A stretch of 64,000 bases of DNA from Escherichia coli (GTDB lineage Bacteria > Pseudomonadota > Gammaproteobacteria > Enterobacterales > Enterobacteriaceae). Numbering within the stretch: position 1 is the stretch's first letter; each line of letters opens with the position of its first letter. A program made the position numbers and the translations under genes. The DNA lies in NCBI RefSeq assembly GCF_044647545.1, contig NZ_CP172818.1; one strand, written 5' to 3'. The notes below the pieces were generated by a model that worked only from the letters and a program-made list of their open reading frames with translations, was not told the DNA's origin and ran no database searches. This document shows, piece by piece, positions 37,427-49,163 of this stretch.

Positions 37427-37681
37427 ATGGGAATTATTGCCTGGATTATTTTTGGCCTGATAGCCGGCATAATCGCCAAGCTAATCATGCCGGGACGTGA
37501 TGGTGGTGGATTTTTCCTGACCTGTATTCTCGGGATAGTCGGTGCGGTGGTCGGCGGCTGGCTGGCGACCATGTTTGGCATTGGCGGCACCATCAGCGGT
37601 TTTAATTTGCACAGCTTCCTGGTGGCGGTGGTGGGCGCTATCCTGGTGCTGGGCGTATTCCGCCTCCTGCGAAGAGAATAA
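37427..37681 (+). CDS. ymgE: Transglycosylase-associated small membrane protein YmgE
   Basis: 84 aa from ATG 37427 (MGIIAWIIFGLIAGIIAKLIMPG...). Confidence 0.85.
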   Translation: MGIIAWIIFGLIAGIIAKLIMPGRDGGGFFLTCILGIVGAVVGGWLATMFGIGGTISGFNLHSFLVAVVGAILVLGVFRLLRRE

Positions 37682-38082
37682 GATTTTCATAAGGCGGATA
37701 GTGATACAGATGCCGCTATCCGCTTTCACATCAGAACGTATACTCGATACCTGCTTTACGGGGTGAAAAAAATCAATATAGCACTTCGATATCCGATAAA
37801 GTCGGTTCCCGGTAACAACAACAGAATCCTTTTTTAATTATTGTTTCGTTGTTTTTGGTGTGATTCAGAAAATAAATATTTTAGACAGTAGCCAGTCAGG
37901 CGTTAAAAATGGGGCGGATAGTGAGGCGGTTTTGGCTGCGCTTATTGAACATTTTCAGAATTGATCAGAATCCTTCTGTAGATTCGTAGCCAAAATACCC
38001 GTTCGGCAATGCTTCAGTTACGCGAAGAGGAATGGGTCTGAATTCTTTTTTTGGTTGTCAACTTTGGTAGTGTCTGGATTAT

Positions 38083-38286
38083 GTGATTATTAATTTAACT
38101 CCAGAAAGCAAAAAACGTCGACGAAGTGAACACCAGACATTCAGGAAGCAATTGATGCTTTATATAGCCAACGTCTGGGGCGTAAAGTCGCTGGGTGATG
38201 AGGTGAGACACTTACCCGTAAATGACGCTAATTCGCAAAATCCACGCACTCCAAACATTTGCGCAATACTTCCCGCCAGGACTTGA
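38083..38286 (+). CDS. Hypothetical 67-aa ORF in the interval where K-12 carries ycgY (possible remnant)
   Basis: Only + strand ORF of at least 60 aa between ymgE and treA; GTG start; no recognisable domain. Confidence 0.2.
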   Translation: MIINLTPESKKRRRSEHQTFRKQLMLYIANVWGVKSLGDEVRHLPVNDANSQNPRTPNICAILPART

Positions 38287-38378
38287 AAAACCGTCGTGAG
38301 AAAAAACCATAGCTATGGTGTTATCCGCCGACAACGCCATCCGGAGAAGCCGAATGACGTTGTCGGAGTAAGCGCTGG

Positions 38379-40076
38379 TTAAGGCGTAGGTTCCGCCTCT
38401 TTTTGTTTTAGCGGTTGTGTTGTTGATTCACTGAGTGGACGCGTCGCCGGAACATTGTCACACGGTTGCTCTTTCGGGCAGATCAAATCCAGCATTTTCA
38501 GCGTCACGCCATTGGTCCAGCCAAAGCCATCCTGTAATGGATATTCGCCACCGCCGCCCCCCGTTCCGGTGGCGCTGACATCATATTTTTCCACCAGCTT
38601 TTTCTCCCGGTCATAGGTGTGCTGAACATTGGTCAGGAAGTGCCAGCTAATGTCCATCGCCACCTCTTTTTGCCCGTAGTTTTGTAATCCTTCTGTCGCG
38701 ACCCACTGCAACGGTGCCCAGCCGTTTGGCGCATCCCATTGTTGTCCACTTTTCACCGACGTGGTGTTCAGGCCGCCGGGTTGCAGCAGATGTGTTTTCG
38801 TCGCCGTCGCCATTTTGCTGGCGCGATCTTTCGCTGCCGCATTGACGTACAGCGGGAACAGGGCGGCCGCGGTTAACTGATTGCGCACTTTATGACTTTT
38901 CAGGTCGTAATCGGCATACCAGCCTTGTTGATCGTTCCACAGGTATTTTTCGATCCCTTTTTGACGGGCATTCGCCAGCGTTTCGTACTGGTTTGCCATC
39001 GCGTTATCTCCGGCAGCTTTGCTGGCGCGGGCGAGGATTTTTTCCATTTTAAACATCAGGCTGTTCAGATCGACCGGTACGATGCTGGTGGTGCGTAAGG
39101 TATTTAACTGCTGCGGATTGTCCATCCAGCGTGAGCTGAAATCCCAGCCAGACGCAGCGGCAGAGCGCAGGTCGCGGTAAATTTCAGTGGCAGGTCGATT
39201 CGGATTGCTTTTGGCGGTGGCAATATCTTCCACCCATGACTCTGGTCGTGGCGTATCGCGATCGTCCCAGTAGCGGTTGAGAAGGGTACCATCCTGAAGT
39301 TTGACAATGCGTTTTTCCTGTTGTCCGGCTTGCAGGTTTTCAACACCGTCCATCCAGTAAGCATATTCTTTTTGCATTTGCGGCAGGTATTGTTTCAACG
39401 CGGCGTCGCCTTCATGCTGCGTCAGTAACTCTACCATCAGGGCAAAGAAGGGCGGCTGCGAGCGGCTTAAATAGTAACTGCGGTTGCCGTTGGGAATATG
39501 CCCGTAAGTGTCTATTTCATGAGCAAAATTGGCCACCATATCCGCGACTTTATCCCAGTGACCGCTTTCGGCAAGTCCTAACATGGTGAAGTAACTGTCC
39601 CAGTAATATACCTCGCGAAAACGTCCGCCCGGCACGACATAAGGTTCCGGCAGCGGTAACAGAGAATCCCATTTTTCGGTGTTTTCGGTAGAACGCGTTA
39701 ATACCGGCCAAAGTCCGTCAATATGTTCGCGCAGTGACTGCCCCTCTGGCGGAACATATTTCTCGCCCTCTTTTGGCAGGGTGAAATTGACGTTAACGAA
39801 ATGGCGCAGATCAAATCCGCTCTGGTTTTGCTGCATCCGATAATCAGCAAGGATCATCAGCGGATCGCTGTTCGGCACGGCATCGGCAAAGGTTTTTTGG
39901 TCCGGAAAAAGTTTGGCGTTTTGCACATCATTAAACAGCGGCCCTAATAAAATATCAGGCGGCTGTGGCGTTACCGATGTTTCTTCTGCCTGCACCGATA
40001 GCGCAGCAAAACACAAAAAGATGCAGGCTGGAATTAACGCCATTTTTTGCGGGCGAGAAGGGGTGGGGGATTTCAT
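38379..40076 (-). CDS. treA: Periplasmic trehalase TreA
   Basis: 565 aa from ATG 40076, signal peptide. Confidence 0.95.
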   Translation of the reverse strand: MKSPTPSRPQKMALIPACIFLCFAALSVQAEETSVTPQPPDILLGPLFNDVQNAKLFPDQKTFADAVPNSDPLMILADYRMQQNQSGFDLRHFVNVNFTLPKEGEKYVPPEGQSLREHIDGLWPVLTRSTENTEKWDSLLPLPEPYVVPGGRFREVYYWDSYFTMLGLAESGHWDKVADMVANFAHEIDTYGHIPNGNRSYYLSRSQPPFFALMVELLTQHEGDAALKQYLPQMQKEYAYWMDGVENLQAGQQEKRIVKLQDGTLLNRYWDDRDTPRPESWVEDIATAKSNPNRPATEIYRDLRSAAASGWDFSSRWMDNPQQLNTLRTTSIVPVDLNSLMFKMEKILARASKAAGDNAMANQYETLANARQKGIEKYLWNDQQGWYADYDLKSHKVRNQLTAAALFPLYVNAAAKDRASKMATATKTHLLQPGGLNTTSVKSGQQWDAPNGWAPLQWVATEGLQNYGQKEVAMDISWHFLTNVQHTYDREKKLVEKYDVSATGTGGGGGEYPLQDGFGWTNGVTLKMLDLICPKEQPCDNVPATRPLSESTTQPLKQKEAEPTP

Positions 40077-40395
40077 CAATCATTCTCCTTTGGCGAAACC
40101 GAATAAAACGGTATTCAAGTATCAGAAAACCTTAGTTCAGGATCGCACTAGCTGCATGATCGAAATCACATTCTGCGAACTGACAGACATTTTAGAAAAG
40201 GGAATTAAAGGGATAAATAACGGCGAAATAGAGTGATAAAATAACATCTGTTTATTAGTCAGCCAGCGACGTTGGGTTCGCGATTAGCGAAGAAAAATCA
40301 TCATAATTTGGTGAAAAATATAACAGGTAGTTAAAAAACATCAGTGCAGAGTAAATTGCCGGATGACATCAGAATGATGCCATCCGAACGGTGGT

Positions 40396-41814
40396 TTAAC
40401 CCTGACGGTTGAAACGTTGCGTTTTAACGTCCAGCGTTAGCGTTTCTTCTGGTTGTATCGCATACAGTTTCTCACCCTGCTGGCAAATCCAGCCAATTCC
40501 CAGTTCACGGGCGATTAGGGCACTGTGGGATAGCGGACTTCCGGCGCTAAGGCAGATACCTTTTACAACCGCTGGATCCAGTTGCAGTACTGTGGAGGGA
40601 TAAATGTTCTCCGCCAGTAGAATAGTTGGCGAGTTAAACTGCGGGAGTTCTTCTTTCGTTTGGGTCAGGTGGACCAGGGTGCGATGCAGAAGATCGTCCA
40701 CATCGATATAGCGAGCCTGTAGATATTCATCATCCAGCTGTTGGTATTGCTGGCTAAGTTCTTTAAGAACGTGCTGCCAGGCATATTCCGCCGTGCAATG
40801 TTCATGCTGAAGGAGTTCGCTTGCCGCCGCCTGCAGTTCCGGATCATCTAACAGTGTATGGTGACCAGAAAAGATTGCGGCAATATCGTCAAGCCCGCTG
40901 GTTTCTGCTTTCGCTGTTAACGTCATCAGATCTAATAACGTGAAGTCAATGGCCTGGCGTAATCGTTCTTGTTCTTCTTCCACGGTCAGGATTGATTTTG
41001 CCTGTACCGTACATAAAACAGGTTGATAATAAAAGGCTTTACCCGAAACAGGCGGAACGGGACGCAGAGTAGGTGGAGCAACTTCCTCCGTTTCACCAAA
41101 GTTATCTTCAGCCAGCTGACGGAAAGCGATCAGTGCCTCTTCAGCTTCTGGTCCTTTCGCAATCAGGCGCAGCGTATCGTTATAGCGAACTTGTAGTAAC
41201 GCAATCTGATTAATACTCTCCGGTGTAACGCATTTGCCGTTTTTCTCCAGCAACATATCGGCATTAAATGTCGATAAGGTATAAACCAGTCGGGAGGCCG
41301 GACGTACATGCAGGCCGTTACGGTTTTTTATGACCACCGACAGAGAACGGGCTTCTTCATCGTACGGAGGACATGTGTCAGAGATTTCAGTGTCGGAGGA
41401 CGGTAAACCCAGTTGTTCACGTTTGGCTTCCAGCGCATGCATGGCGTCAAAGATGACTTTGTCGATATCCGCCCCCGAGGCCGCGCTGACCGTTGCTGCC
41501 AGTGTACCTTCGACCAACGGCGCAGCACACAAACGTACTTTTGCGGCGATCTCGGGAGCCAGCAATTCCAGCGCAGTTTCAGCACTCAATAATGCGCTTC
41601 CCATATCCATCATGACCAGCACATGGTCGGCATCGGCAACAGATTCGATGGCCTCCATCACTTTGACGGCATCGGTACCAATGGGATTTTGTGGATCGTC
41701 AATTCCCGCGGCAATGGCGATTTTACAATTATCACTCATTAACATCTGACGGGCTAATTCACCGACACCTTCTCCCAGTCGGCTGCTATGTGAAACTATG
41801 ACCAGGTTTACCAT
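40396..41814 (-). CDS. dhaM: Dihydroxyacetone kinase phosphotransfer subunit DhaM (EIIA-HPr-EI-like)
   Basis: 472 aa from ATG 41814. Confidence 0.9.
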   Translation of the reverse strand: MVNLVIVSHSSRLGEGVGELARQMLMSDNCKIAIAAGIDDPQNPIGTDAVKVMEAIESVADADHVLVMMDMGSALLSAETALELLAPEIAAKVRLCAAPLVEGTLAATVSAASGADIDKVIFDAMHALEAKREQLGLPSSDTEISDTCPPYDEEARSLSVVIKNRNGLHVRPASRLVYTLSTFNADMLLEKNGKCVTPESINQIALLQVRYNDTLRLIAKGPEAEEALIAFRQLAEDNFGETEEVAPPTLRPVPPVSGKAFYYQPVLCTVQAKSILTVEEEQERLRQAIDFTLLDLMTLTAKAETSGLDDIAAIFSGHHTLLDDPELQAAASELLQHEHCTAEYAWQHVLKELSQQYQQLDDEYLQARYIDVDDLLHRTLVHLTQTKEELPQFNSPTILLAENIYPSTVLQLDPAVVKGICLSAGSPLSHSALIARELGIGWICQQGEKLYAIQPEETLTLDVKTQRFNRQG

Positions 41815-41824
41815 CACCAATTCC

Positions 41825-42457
41825 TTACTCTTTTGCGGCTAACGCCAACATTTGCATCATAAACATCACCGAGGTCGCGCCGGGATCCTGGTGACCAATA
41901 CTGCGTTCACCGAGATAACTGGCGCGGCCTTTGCGGGCTTGCATCGTAATCGTACTTTGTGCAGCGGATTCGGCGATGCTACTGGCAGCGTCGAGCGCCG
42001 CCGGAACAGGGAGATTTTGCTCGCAGGACTGACGTAACGATTCCACCACCGGCACCCACACATCACACATGGTTTTATCGCCAGGTTCGGCTTTCCCGCG
42101 ACTGATTACGCCGTCCGCGCCATCGCGGAACATCTGATAAAGCTCTTCCAGCGTCAGGCTTTGCCGTGCCTGGGTTGTCTGTGCGGCGCGGATAAAGAAG
42201 GTACCGAACAGCGGACCACTGGCACCTCCGACGCTGGAAAGTAGCGTCATGCCGGTATTCTTGAGAATGAAACCGATATCTTTATCTGCGATAGCAGGGA
42301 GTTTTTCCACCACTTTGCTAAAGCCTCGATTCATATTTAGCCCGTGGTCAGCGTCGCCAATCTCGCGATCCAGTCCAGTAAGATACTCGCTCTCGGTGCT
42401 GAAAATATCGCCACAACGAGTGAGCCAGTTAACAATTTGAGTTCTGCTCAGTGACAT
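41825..42457 (-). CDS. dhaL: Dihydroxyacetone kinase ADP-binding subunit DhaL
   Basis: 210 aa from ATG 42457 (MSLSRTQIVNWLTRCGDIF...). Confidence 0.9.
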   Translation of the reverse strand: MSLSRTQIVNWLTRCGDIFSTESEYLTGLDREIGDADHGLNMNRGFSKVVEKLPAIADKDIGFILKNTGMTLLSSVGGASGPLFGTFFIRAAQTTQARQSLTLEELYQMFRDGADGVISRGKAEPGDKTMCDVWVPVVESLRQSCEQNLPVPAALDAASSIAESAAQSTITMQARKGRASYLGERSIGHQDPGATSVMFMMQMLALAAKE

Positions 42458-42467
42458 TGCTTTCTCC

Positions 42468-43538
42468 TTATTTACCCCAGTTAAGGGCCGGGGTGTGGAC
42501 AGGGGCGTCCCAGAGTGCCAGCGTTTCGTCATCAACTTTCAGTAAGCTGATTGAGAAACCGGTCATATCCAGTGAGGTGCAGTACGCGCCAATTAAATTA
42601 CGTTCGATAGTCAATCCCGCTTGCTGGCAACGTGTGGTCAGGCGGCTATAGACGCCGTACAGCTCAGAAAGCGGAGTTGCGCCAAGATTGTTAACCAGCG
42701 CAATCACCCGATCGCCAGACTGGAGCGGTTGTTTGGTTTGTGGTTCTTCCTGCCAGCTGCCTTGTTGATAATCCCAGAAACGCAAAGTGCGATGGTATGA
42801 GCCATTTTCCAGCAGGGTGTCGAACATTTCATCGACGGTTTGATCAAGGGAAGAGAAGGGGCGGCGGTCAATACCTGGCTCACCATGAATGCCGACGCCA
42901 AACTCCATCTCATTATCCGCCAGGGTAAAAGAAGGTTTGCCCGCGGCAGGAACGGTACAGGCACCGAGAGCGATACCTATTGAATGGCCTTGATTATTCA
43001 ACTTACGCCCCAGTTCCGCACAGGCGTCCAGTGAGTCGCCACGCTCCGCCGCTGCACCTACGAGTTTTTCAATTAATACGGTGTTGGCAACGCCGCGCCG
43101 CCCGGCGGTATAAAGACTGTCTTTTACTGCAACGTCGTCATCAATGACCACAGTGGTCACTTTTACGCCGCTATCGTGCAGTAACTCGGTTGCTGTTTCG
43201 AAGTTAAGAATATCGCCGGTGTAATTTTTGATAATCAACAGTACACCTTCGCCGCCATCAATTTGCATGGCGCATTCAAAGATTTTATCGGGCGTCGGTG
43301 AGGTGAAAATTTCGCCCGGACAGGCCCCAGAAAGCATCCCCTGACCGATATAACCACAATGCATCGGCTCGTGTCCGCTGCCGCCACCCGACAGCAGGGC
43401 GACTTTTCCTGCCACGGGGGCATCAGCTCGGGTGACATACACCGGATCCTGGTGCAGTATCAGCGATGGATGCGCTTTCGCTAGTCCTGCCAGTTGTTCG
43501 TCCAGTACGTCTTGCACATCATTGATCAATTTTTTCAT
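42468..43538 (-). CDS. dhaK: Dihydroxyacetone kinase subunit DhaK
   Basis: 356 aa from ATG 43538 (MKKLINDVQDVLDEQLAGL...). Confidence 0.9.
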   Translation of the reverse strand: MKKLINDVQDVLDEQLAGLAKAHPSLILHQDPVYVTRADAPVAGKVALLSGGGSGHEPMHCGYIGQGMLSGACPGEIFTSPTPDKIFECAMQIDGGEGVLLIIKNYTGDILNFETATELLHDSGVKVTTVVIDDDVAVKDSLYTAGRRGVANTVLIEKLVGAAAERGDSLDACAELGRKLNNQGHSIGIALGACTVPAAGKPSFTLADNEMEFGVGIHGEPGIDRRPFSSLDQTVDEMFDTLLENGSYHRTLRFWDYQQGSWQEEPQTKQPLQSGDRVIALVNNLGATPLSELYGVYSRLTTRCQQAGLTIERNLIGAYCTSLDMTGFSISLLKVDDETLALWDAPVHTPALNWGK

Positions 43539-43653
43539 TATTTTGCTCCAGCAATTACGGTAGGGCATGGATGATGTTCAACGACACGGCGACCACTGAC
43601 TGCCGATGAATCCATTGTGCATCAGGCAAGGGAAAAGAAAATTAGCCCAAATT

Positions 43654-43701
43654 ATGTTTCATAGTGAAACATATTCTTTAATGAATGTTCCATATTGAAA
43701 C
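43654..43701. promoter_or_regulatory. Tandem palindromic motifs in dhaK-dhaR divergent region (candidate DhaR sites)
   Basis: atGTTTCatagtGAAACat and atGTTCCatattGAAACtt about 10 bp apart. Confidence 0.4.
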
Positions 43702-43765
43702 TTTTACGTGTATTAATACTTAAAATTGCGAGCCGGAACACCTTTTGTCATAAGGGATGCGGGAT

Positions 43766-45685
43766 ATGAGTGGCGCTTTTAACAACGATGGTCGGGACAT
43801 ATCTCCCTTAATTGCAACCTCCTGGGAGAGATGCAATAAGCTGATGAAACGGGAGACATGGAACGTACCACACCAGGCCCAGGGCGTGACATTTGCTTCT
43901 ATTTATCGGCGTAAGAAAGCGATGCTGACGCTCGGGCAGGCTGCGCTGGAAGATGCCTGGGAATATATGGCACCGCGAGCGTGTGCGTTGCTTATCCTCG
44001 ATGAAACCGCCTGCATTCTCAGCCGTAATGGCGATCCGCAAACCTTGCAGCAACTAAGTACACTGGGATTCAATGACGGCACGTATTGCGCCGAGGGAAT
44101 TATTGGTACTTGTGCGCTATCGTTAGCGGCTATCTCTGGTCAGGCCGTGAAAACGATGGCCGATCAACATTTCAAACAGGCACTCTGGAACTGGGCCTTT
44201 TGCGCAACGCCGTTGTTTGACAGCAAGGGCCGATTGACGGGAACAATAGCGCTGGCGTGTCCGGTTGAACAAACTACCGCAGCTGATTTGCCGTTGACGT
44301 TGGCAATCGCACGCGAGGTCGGAAATTTACTGCTGACGGACAGTTTGCTCGCTGAAACTAACCGCCATTTAAATCAACTTAATGCCCTGTTAGAAAGTAT
44401 GGATGATGGCGTGATTAGCTGGGACGAGCAGGGTAATTTGCAATTTATCAACGCCCAGGCGGCGCGAGTCTTGCGCCTTGACGCGACGGCAAGTCAGGGA
44501 CGAGCAATCACTGAACTCTTAACGTTACCCGCCGTATTGCAACAAGCAATAAAACAGGCACATCCGCTCAAACACGTAGAAGCAACCTTTGAAAGTCAGC
44601 ACCAGTTTATTGATGCGGTGATAACCCTTAAACCGATAATAGAAACGCAGGGAACCAGCTTTATTTTGTTGCTCCATCCTGTGGAACAGATGCGGCAGTT
44701 AATGACCAGTCAATTAGGAAGAGTCAACCATACTTTCGCTCATATGCCACAGGACGATCCGCAAACCCGCCGCTTGATTCATTTTGGTCGCCAGGCGGCG
44801 CGCAGTAGCTTTCCTGTCCTGCTTTGTGGAGAAGAGGGCGTGGGCAAGGCACTGCTAAGTCAGGCAATTCATAATGAAAGTGAGCGTGCAGCGGGGCCTT
44901 ATATCGCCGTCAATTGTGAGTTATATGGTGATGCGGCGCTGGCGGAAGAATTTATTGGCGGCGATCGCACGGACAATGAAAATGGTCGTCTGAGTCGACT
45001 GGAACTGGCGCACGGCGGCACGCTGTTTCTTGAAAAGATTGAATATCTGGCGGTGGAGTTACAGTCTGCTTTGCTTCAGGTTATCAAGCAGGGTGTTATC
45101 ACGCGACTGGATGCGCGGCGTTTAATACCCATTGATGTCAAAGTGATTGCCACAACGACCGCGGACCTGGCAATGCTGGTGGAACAAAATCGCTTTAGTC
45201 GCCAGCTGTATTACGCGCTGCATGCATTTGAAATTACCATCCCGCCTCTGCGTATGCGGCGTGGCAGCATTCCGGCGCTGGTGAATAACAAATTACGCAG
45301 CCTTGAAAAACGCATCTCTACGCGGCTGAAAATTGATGACGATGCCCTCGCTCGCCTGGTTTCTTGTGCATGGCCAGGCAACGATTTTGAACTTTACAGC
45401 GTCATCGAGAATCTTGCACTGAGTAGTGATAACGGGCGCATTCGCGTCAGTGATTTACCTGAACATCTGTTTACCGAGCAGGCGACAGATGATGTCAGCG
45501 CCACTCGCCTTTCCACCAGTCTGTCATTTGCGGAAGTTGAAAAAGAGGCAATTATTAACGCAGCCCAGGTCACAGGCGGTCGCATTCAGGAAATGTCGGC
45601 TTTACTTGGAATCGGCCGCACTACGCTGTGGCGGAAAATGAAGCAACATGGCATTGATGCAGGGCAGTTTAAGCGCCGGGTATGA
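43766..45685 (+). CDS. dhaR: Transcriptional activator DhaR (GAF/PAS + AAA+ + Fis-type HTH)
   Basis: 639 aa from ATG 43766 (MSGAFNNDGR...). Confidence 0.9.
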   Translation: MSGAFNNDGRDISPLIATSWERCNKLMKRETWNVPHQAQGVTFASIYRRKKAMLTLGQAALEDAWEYMAPRACALLILDETACILSRNGDPQTLQQLSTLGFNDGTYCAEGIIGTCALSLAAISGQAVKTMADQHFKQALWNWAFCATPLFDSKGRLTGTIALACPVEQTTAADLPLTLAIAREVGNLLLTDSLLAETNRHLNQLNALLESMDDGVISWDEQGNLQFINAQAARVLRLDATASQGRAITELLTLPAVLQQAIKQAHPLKHVEATFESQHQFIDAVITLKPIIETQGTSFILLLHPVEQMRQLMTSQLGRVNHTFAHMPQDDPQTRRLIHFGRQAARSSFPVLLCGEEGVGKALLSQAIHNESERAAGPYIAVNCELYGDAALAEEFIGGDRTDNENGRLSRLELAHGGTLFLEKIEYLAVELQSALLQVIKQGVITRLDARRLIPIDVKVIATTTADLAMLVEQNRFSRQLYYALHAFEITIPPLRMRRGSIPALVNNKLRSLEKRISTRLKIDDDALARLVSCAWPGNDFELYSVIENLALSSDNGRIRVSDLPEHLFTEQATDDVSATRLSTSLSFAEVEKEAIINAAQVTGGRIQEMSALLGIGRTTLWRKMKQHGIDAGQFKRRV

Positions 45686-45784
45686 AAGACAGAAACGATT
45701 TCTGATACATCAGAGTGATCTGTATTTCATTCCGGCGCACGCTAACAATTTTCAGCATCGTTTAAGGGCTTGTCTATCCCGCAC

Positions 45785-48639
45785 TTAAAAGCTGAAGCGA
45801 TATCCTCCGTTGACTTGCTTCTGATCAAAGAGGTTACCCTGCGTGTAATCCGCTTCGAGATAGAATGTGTGCTGTTTGTTATACTGTGCACTGACTCCCA
45901 CGCCGTTATTCCAGCCATTACCTTTGAAACTGTACTTCTCCCGGGAGTTGTTCAACAGATATTCGGTATCCCCTGAAAACTCGCGGATAGCGCCAGTCTT
46001 CACATAGACATTCAGCTGGCTGTTGCCTGCGGTGATGTCATACCCCAGTATCATGCTGGCACGCCCCAGCAGCGATTCGTAGTGATTCAGATGTATATTG
46101 AGGCCATTACTCGCCTTCATAGTCATCTCATTCTGGTGGCTGTATGTAAGCTGGGTTTGCGGCTGAATATAGAACCCATAACCAGTAGGGGACAGGTTGA
46201 ACCTCTGCCCGGCTTCCAGGGAGATGCTCATTCCATTCGCAGTGCCGTTGGCGTTAACGCCGTTGTTCTGACTGTCCAGTACGTGGGGAAATGATTTTGG
46301 CGCGATGCTTTTATAACGAGATCGCTGTAAAACTGTTTTGTGCCATGTAACTGGCGTACATTCCCATGTAGTCTACGTGTGTTACGCTCCCGCTATAGTC
46401 CGGCGATGCATGTGTTGAGCCAATATACAGACCGACATACAACGGCATTACATCAGAGAGACGTTTATCCCCACCAAACTGGATACCGCTGTAACCCATG
46501 TCAAAGCCGCTCAGTTTGCCACTGGCAAAGGAGTCTGAGGCTTCCCCCATAACTGCGCAACCAGATATTACCGTCTTTACTCTGATTTCGCAGGTCACCC
46601 ATCCGTTGCATCAGCGTACGGTTTTCAACATAGTTCAATAAGTAACCGACATTGAGATAATTGCCGCCAGCATCTGCGGTCGTGGTGGGTTTAGGCGTGG
46701 GAGCGGGTTCAGGCGTAGGATCGGGGTTGACTATGGAGGCTGAGCGGGAAATGGTGTGGTTCAGGATTAGGAGTCGGTTCCGGAACTGTCCCGGAAGCGT
46801 AAAGCTCCCAGTTAGTGCCATTTTTACGCACATCAGACATATCCCCCAACTCAACCTGAGAAGACGCGCTGAACGAGGCCGCGCCGTCAGTGGTTATTAC
46901 CACGGTCAGAACTTCATTTCCCGTCGTGGCCTCGCTGCCCTGGTTCAGCATAGCTATATGTGATTACCAGCACTACTCCCGCTGATATTCAATAAATCCC
47001 CTTTATTATTAACGCCATTACCCTCGCCAACAACATCAGCACGCATAATAAAGGTACTGTTACCGCTCAGGTTCTCTACGTTTAATGTGGCAAATGTGCC
47101 GGCAGTTGACCCGTGGCTGGCAAAATCGACAGTTGAATGGCTCAGCGCCAGCGTGTCGAGATTAGAATTACTTGTTACGTTCCAGACGCTGTTATTCATT
47201 GCAACGTCCAGTTTTCCGCCATTGACATTATCGCTGAGGGAGGAACCTGTCCAAACCGACCCAGGGTGCATATCCAGATTGATTAGCCCACCTTTGGAAA
47301 GAACGCTACCGTTGATAAGCATACGACCCGAGGCGTTGATGCGGCTGGCGGCATAACCATCGTCATGTTGCGTTGCGATGGCCATCTGGTCGGGTGTACT
47401 CATATCAATGACCAGATCGCTCGTGAGGTCGATCTGGCTGTTGGTCATGGCATAAATTCCCCTGGCTCCTGCCGCGCCGGTGATAGCCAAACTGTCTCCG
47501 GTTATTCTACCGCCGCTGAGAGCCCACAAACCCAGCGCCAGACTGCCATTACGATCAACTGTAATATCGGTATTTTGCATGTTGACAACAGCCGTTGCCG
47601 TCTGGGCCGAGGCACCATAAGAACCGCCGGAAAAGATGCTGTTTCGTTGCGCTGCCGTGCCAGTAAAATTGATTATCGCGTCTGAACCACTGGTGACGAG
47701 GCCACCGCCCTGCGCGGAAGAAATATGGCTATCTGCACCGATAGTGGTTGTACCACCACGAACTTCGACGCCATTGGCCGCGGCTCCAGTTACATCAACA
47801 GTGAGTGCATTCGCGCTAACCTGGCCAAAGCTCCAGAGGCCGTGAGCATTATCGCCATTGGTTTTAATGGTACTGTTTGTTCCGAGATCGACAACAGAGT
47901 TTTTCTGTACGTTTATCCCCATGGCGCTGTAGCCCTGAACATCGATTGTCAGGTCTGTAGCCGTAAAACGCGCAGCACCATTGGCGTTATTGCCGTTGAG
48001 ACCACCGATATAAACACCTGTACTTCCATCGGTCGTGATTTTACTTCCGCTTCCAAGATCGACACTGGTGCCATAGTCATTGATGGTTAGGCCTATACCG
48101 TTCGAGTTTTCAATGGTGAATTGAGTGGCTGTTAGTGTTGAGCTATGCCCAATAATGATGCCGTCATCGTTACTCTTAATGGTGCTGCCTGTGCCTAAGT
48201 CAGCATGGGTATAGTCACCAATTAAGTTAATGCCGATGGCAGAGGTTTGACCAACAACATCTACTGTGAGTCGGTTAGCTGTCAGGGAGCTGTTTTTGCC
48301 CTGAATAATGATTCCTTTTGCATATCCAGAGGCGTCGTTGACATTGACGGTGACATCATTACCCAGGTTGATATTGCCAGGCGTGTTTCCTGCTGGGGTC
48401 ATTACACCATAGAGGTTTCCTGATGGATCGGCGGTATCTCCTGTAATTCTGTCACCATCATTAATAGTAATATTGGTGCCATATTGACTTCCTGTATCAG
48501 CAGCTATCAGCAGGGGGGAAAAGATAATTGCATTCAAACCAATAGCGCCAAATTTTATCAGTTGAATTGAGGGCGAACGGATTTTTAATTCAGCGAGACG
48601 ATCTGCTTTGGTATTCCCATTGTGTTGTTTGATGCCCAT
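45785..48639 (-). pseudogene. ycgV: Autotransporter adhesin YcgV with multiple frameshifts in the C-terminal third
   Basis: Five ORF fragments (46954..48639 passenger; 46709..46951; 46501..46854; 46311..46598; 45785..46231 beta-barrel ending YRFSF) jointly span an autotransporter of roughly 950 codons. Confidence 0.75.
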
Positions 48640-48980
48640 ACCACTCCTATATAGTACCCAGACTATGGGTCTATGGATTTTGTCATTTTGTTTAAATCAA
48701 TGAATAATATCCTCTTATCATCATGATATTTGTATGGTGCAATCATGATGAGCTTCTCAGAGAATAATTCTCTATTACCGGGCAAAATCAGGAACACAGG
48801 AATTAATATATATTTAACATCCCCCTTACAAAGGTGAGTTTATATCGAGTTATTCCCTAAGTTGTCGTTACTTATTCCAATTCGTTACTATAAATATGGC
48901 AAAAATATTACAACAAACAGCGGTTAAAAAATTTGGTGAAGATTTTTTGTAATAATCCTAATTAGTTATGGGAATTTCGC

Positions 48981-49163
48981 TTGATGTATCTGCATAACAA
49001 AAACAATATGCGCCATTTTTGCATTACTAATAAGAAAAAGCAAAAAACATCGATATTCATTTTTGGTCAATGGGTTTTCTGGCCTATCGTTGTTATTGTG
49101 CTACTGGTTATCATTTTCATCTTGCCAGCATATTGGAGCGTGATCAATTTTGATCAGCTGTGA
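48981..49163 (+). CDS. Hypothetical small membrane protein (60 aa, one predicted TM helix)
   Basis: ORF MMYLHNKNNMRHFCITNKKKQKTSIFIFGQWVFWPIVVIVLLVIIFILPAYWSVINFDQL in AT-rich ycgV-ychF spacer; weak SD. Confidence 0.2.
   Translation: MMYLHNKNNMRHFCITNKKKQKTSIFIFGQWVFWPIVVIVLLVIIFILPAYWSVINFDQL

Noticed and set aside
46082-48090. Multiple + strand ORFs (70-121 aa) inside ycgV
   Set aside because: Antisense to the autotransporter passenger repeats; repetitive sequence generates open frames on both strands.
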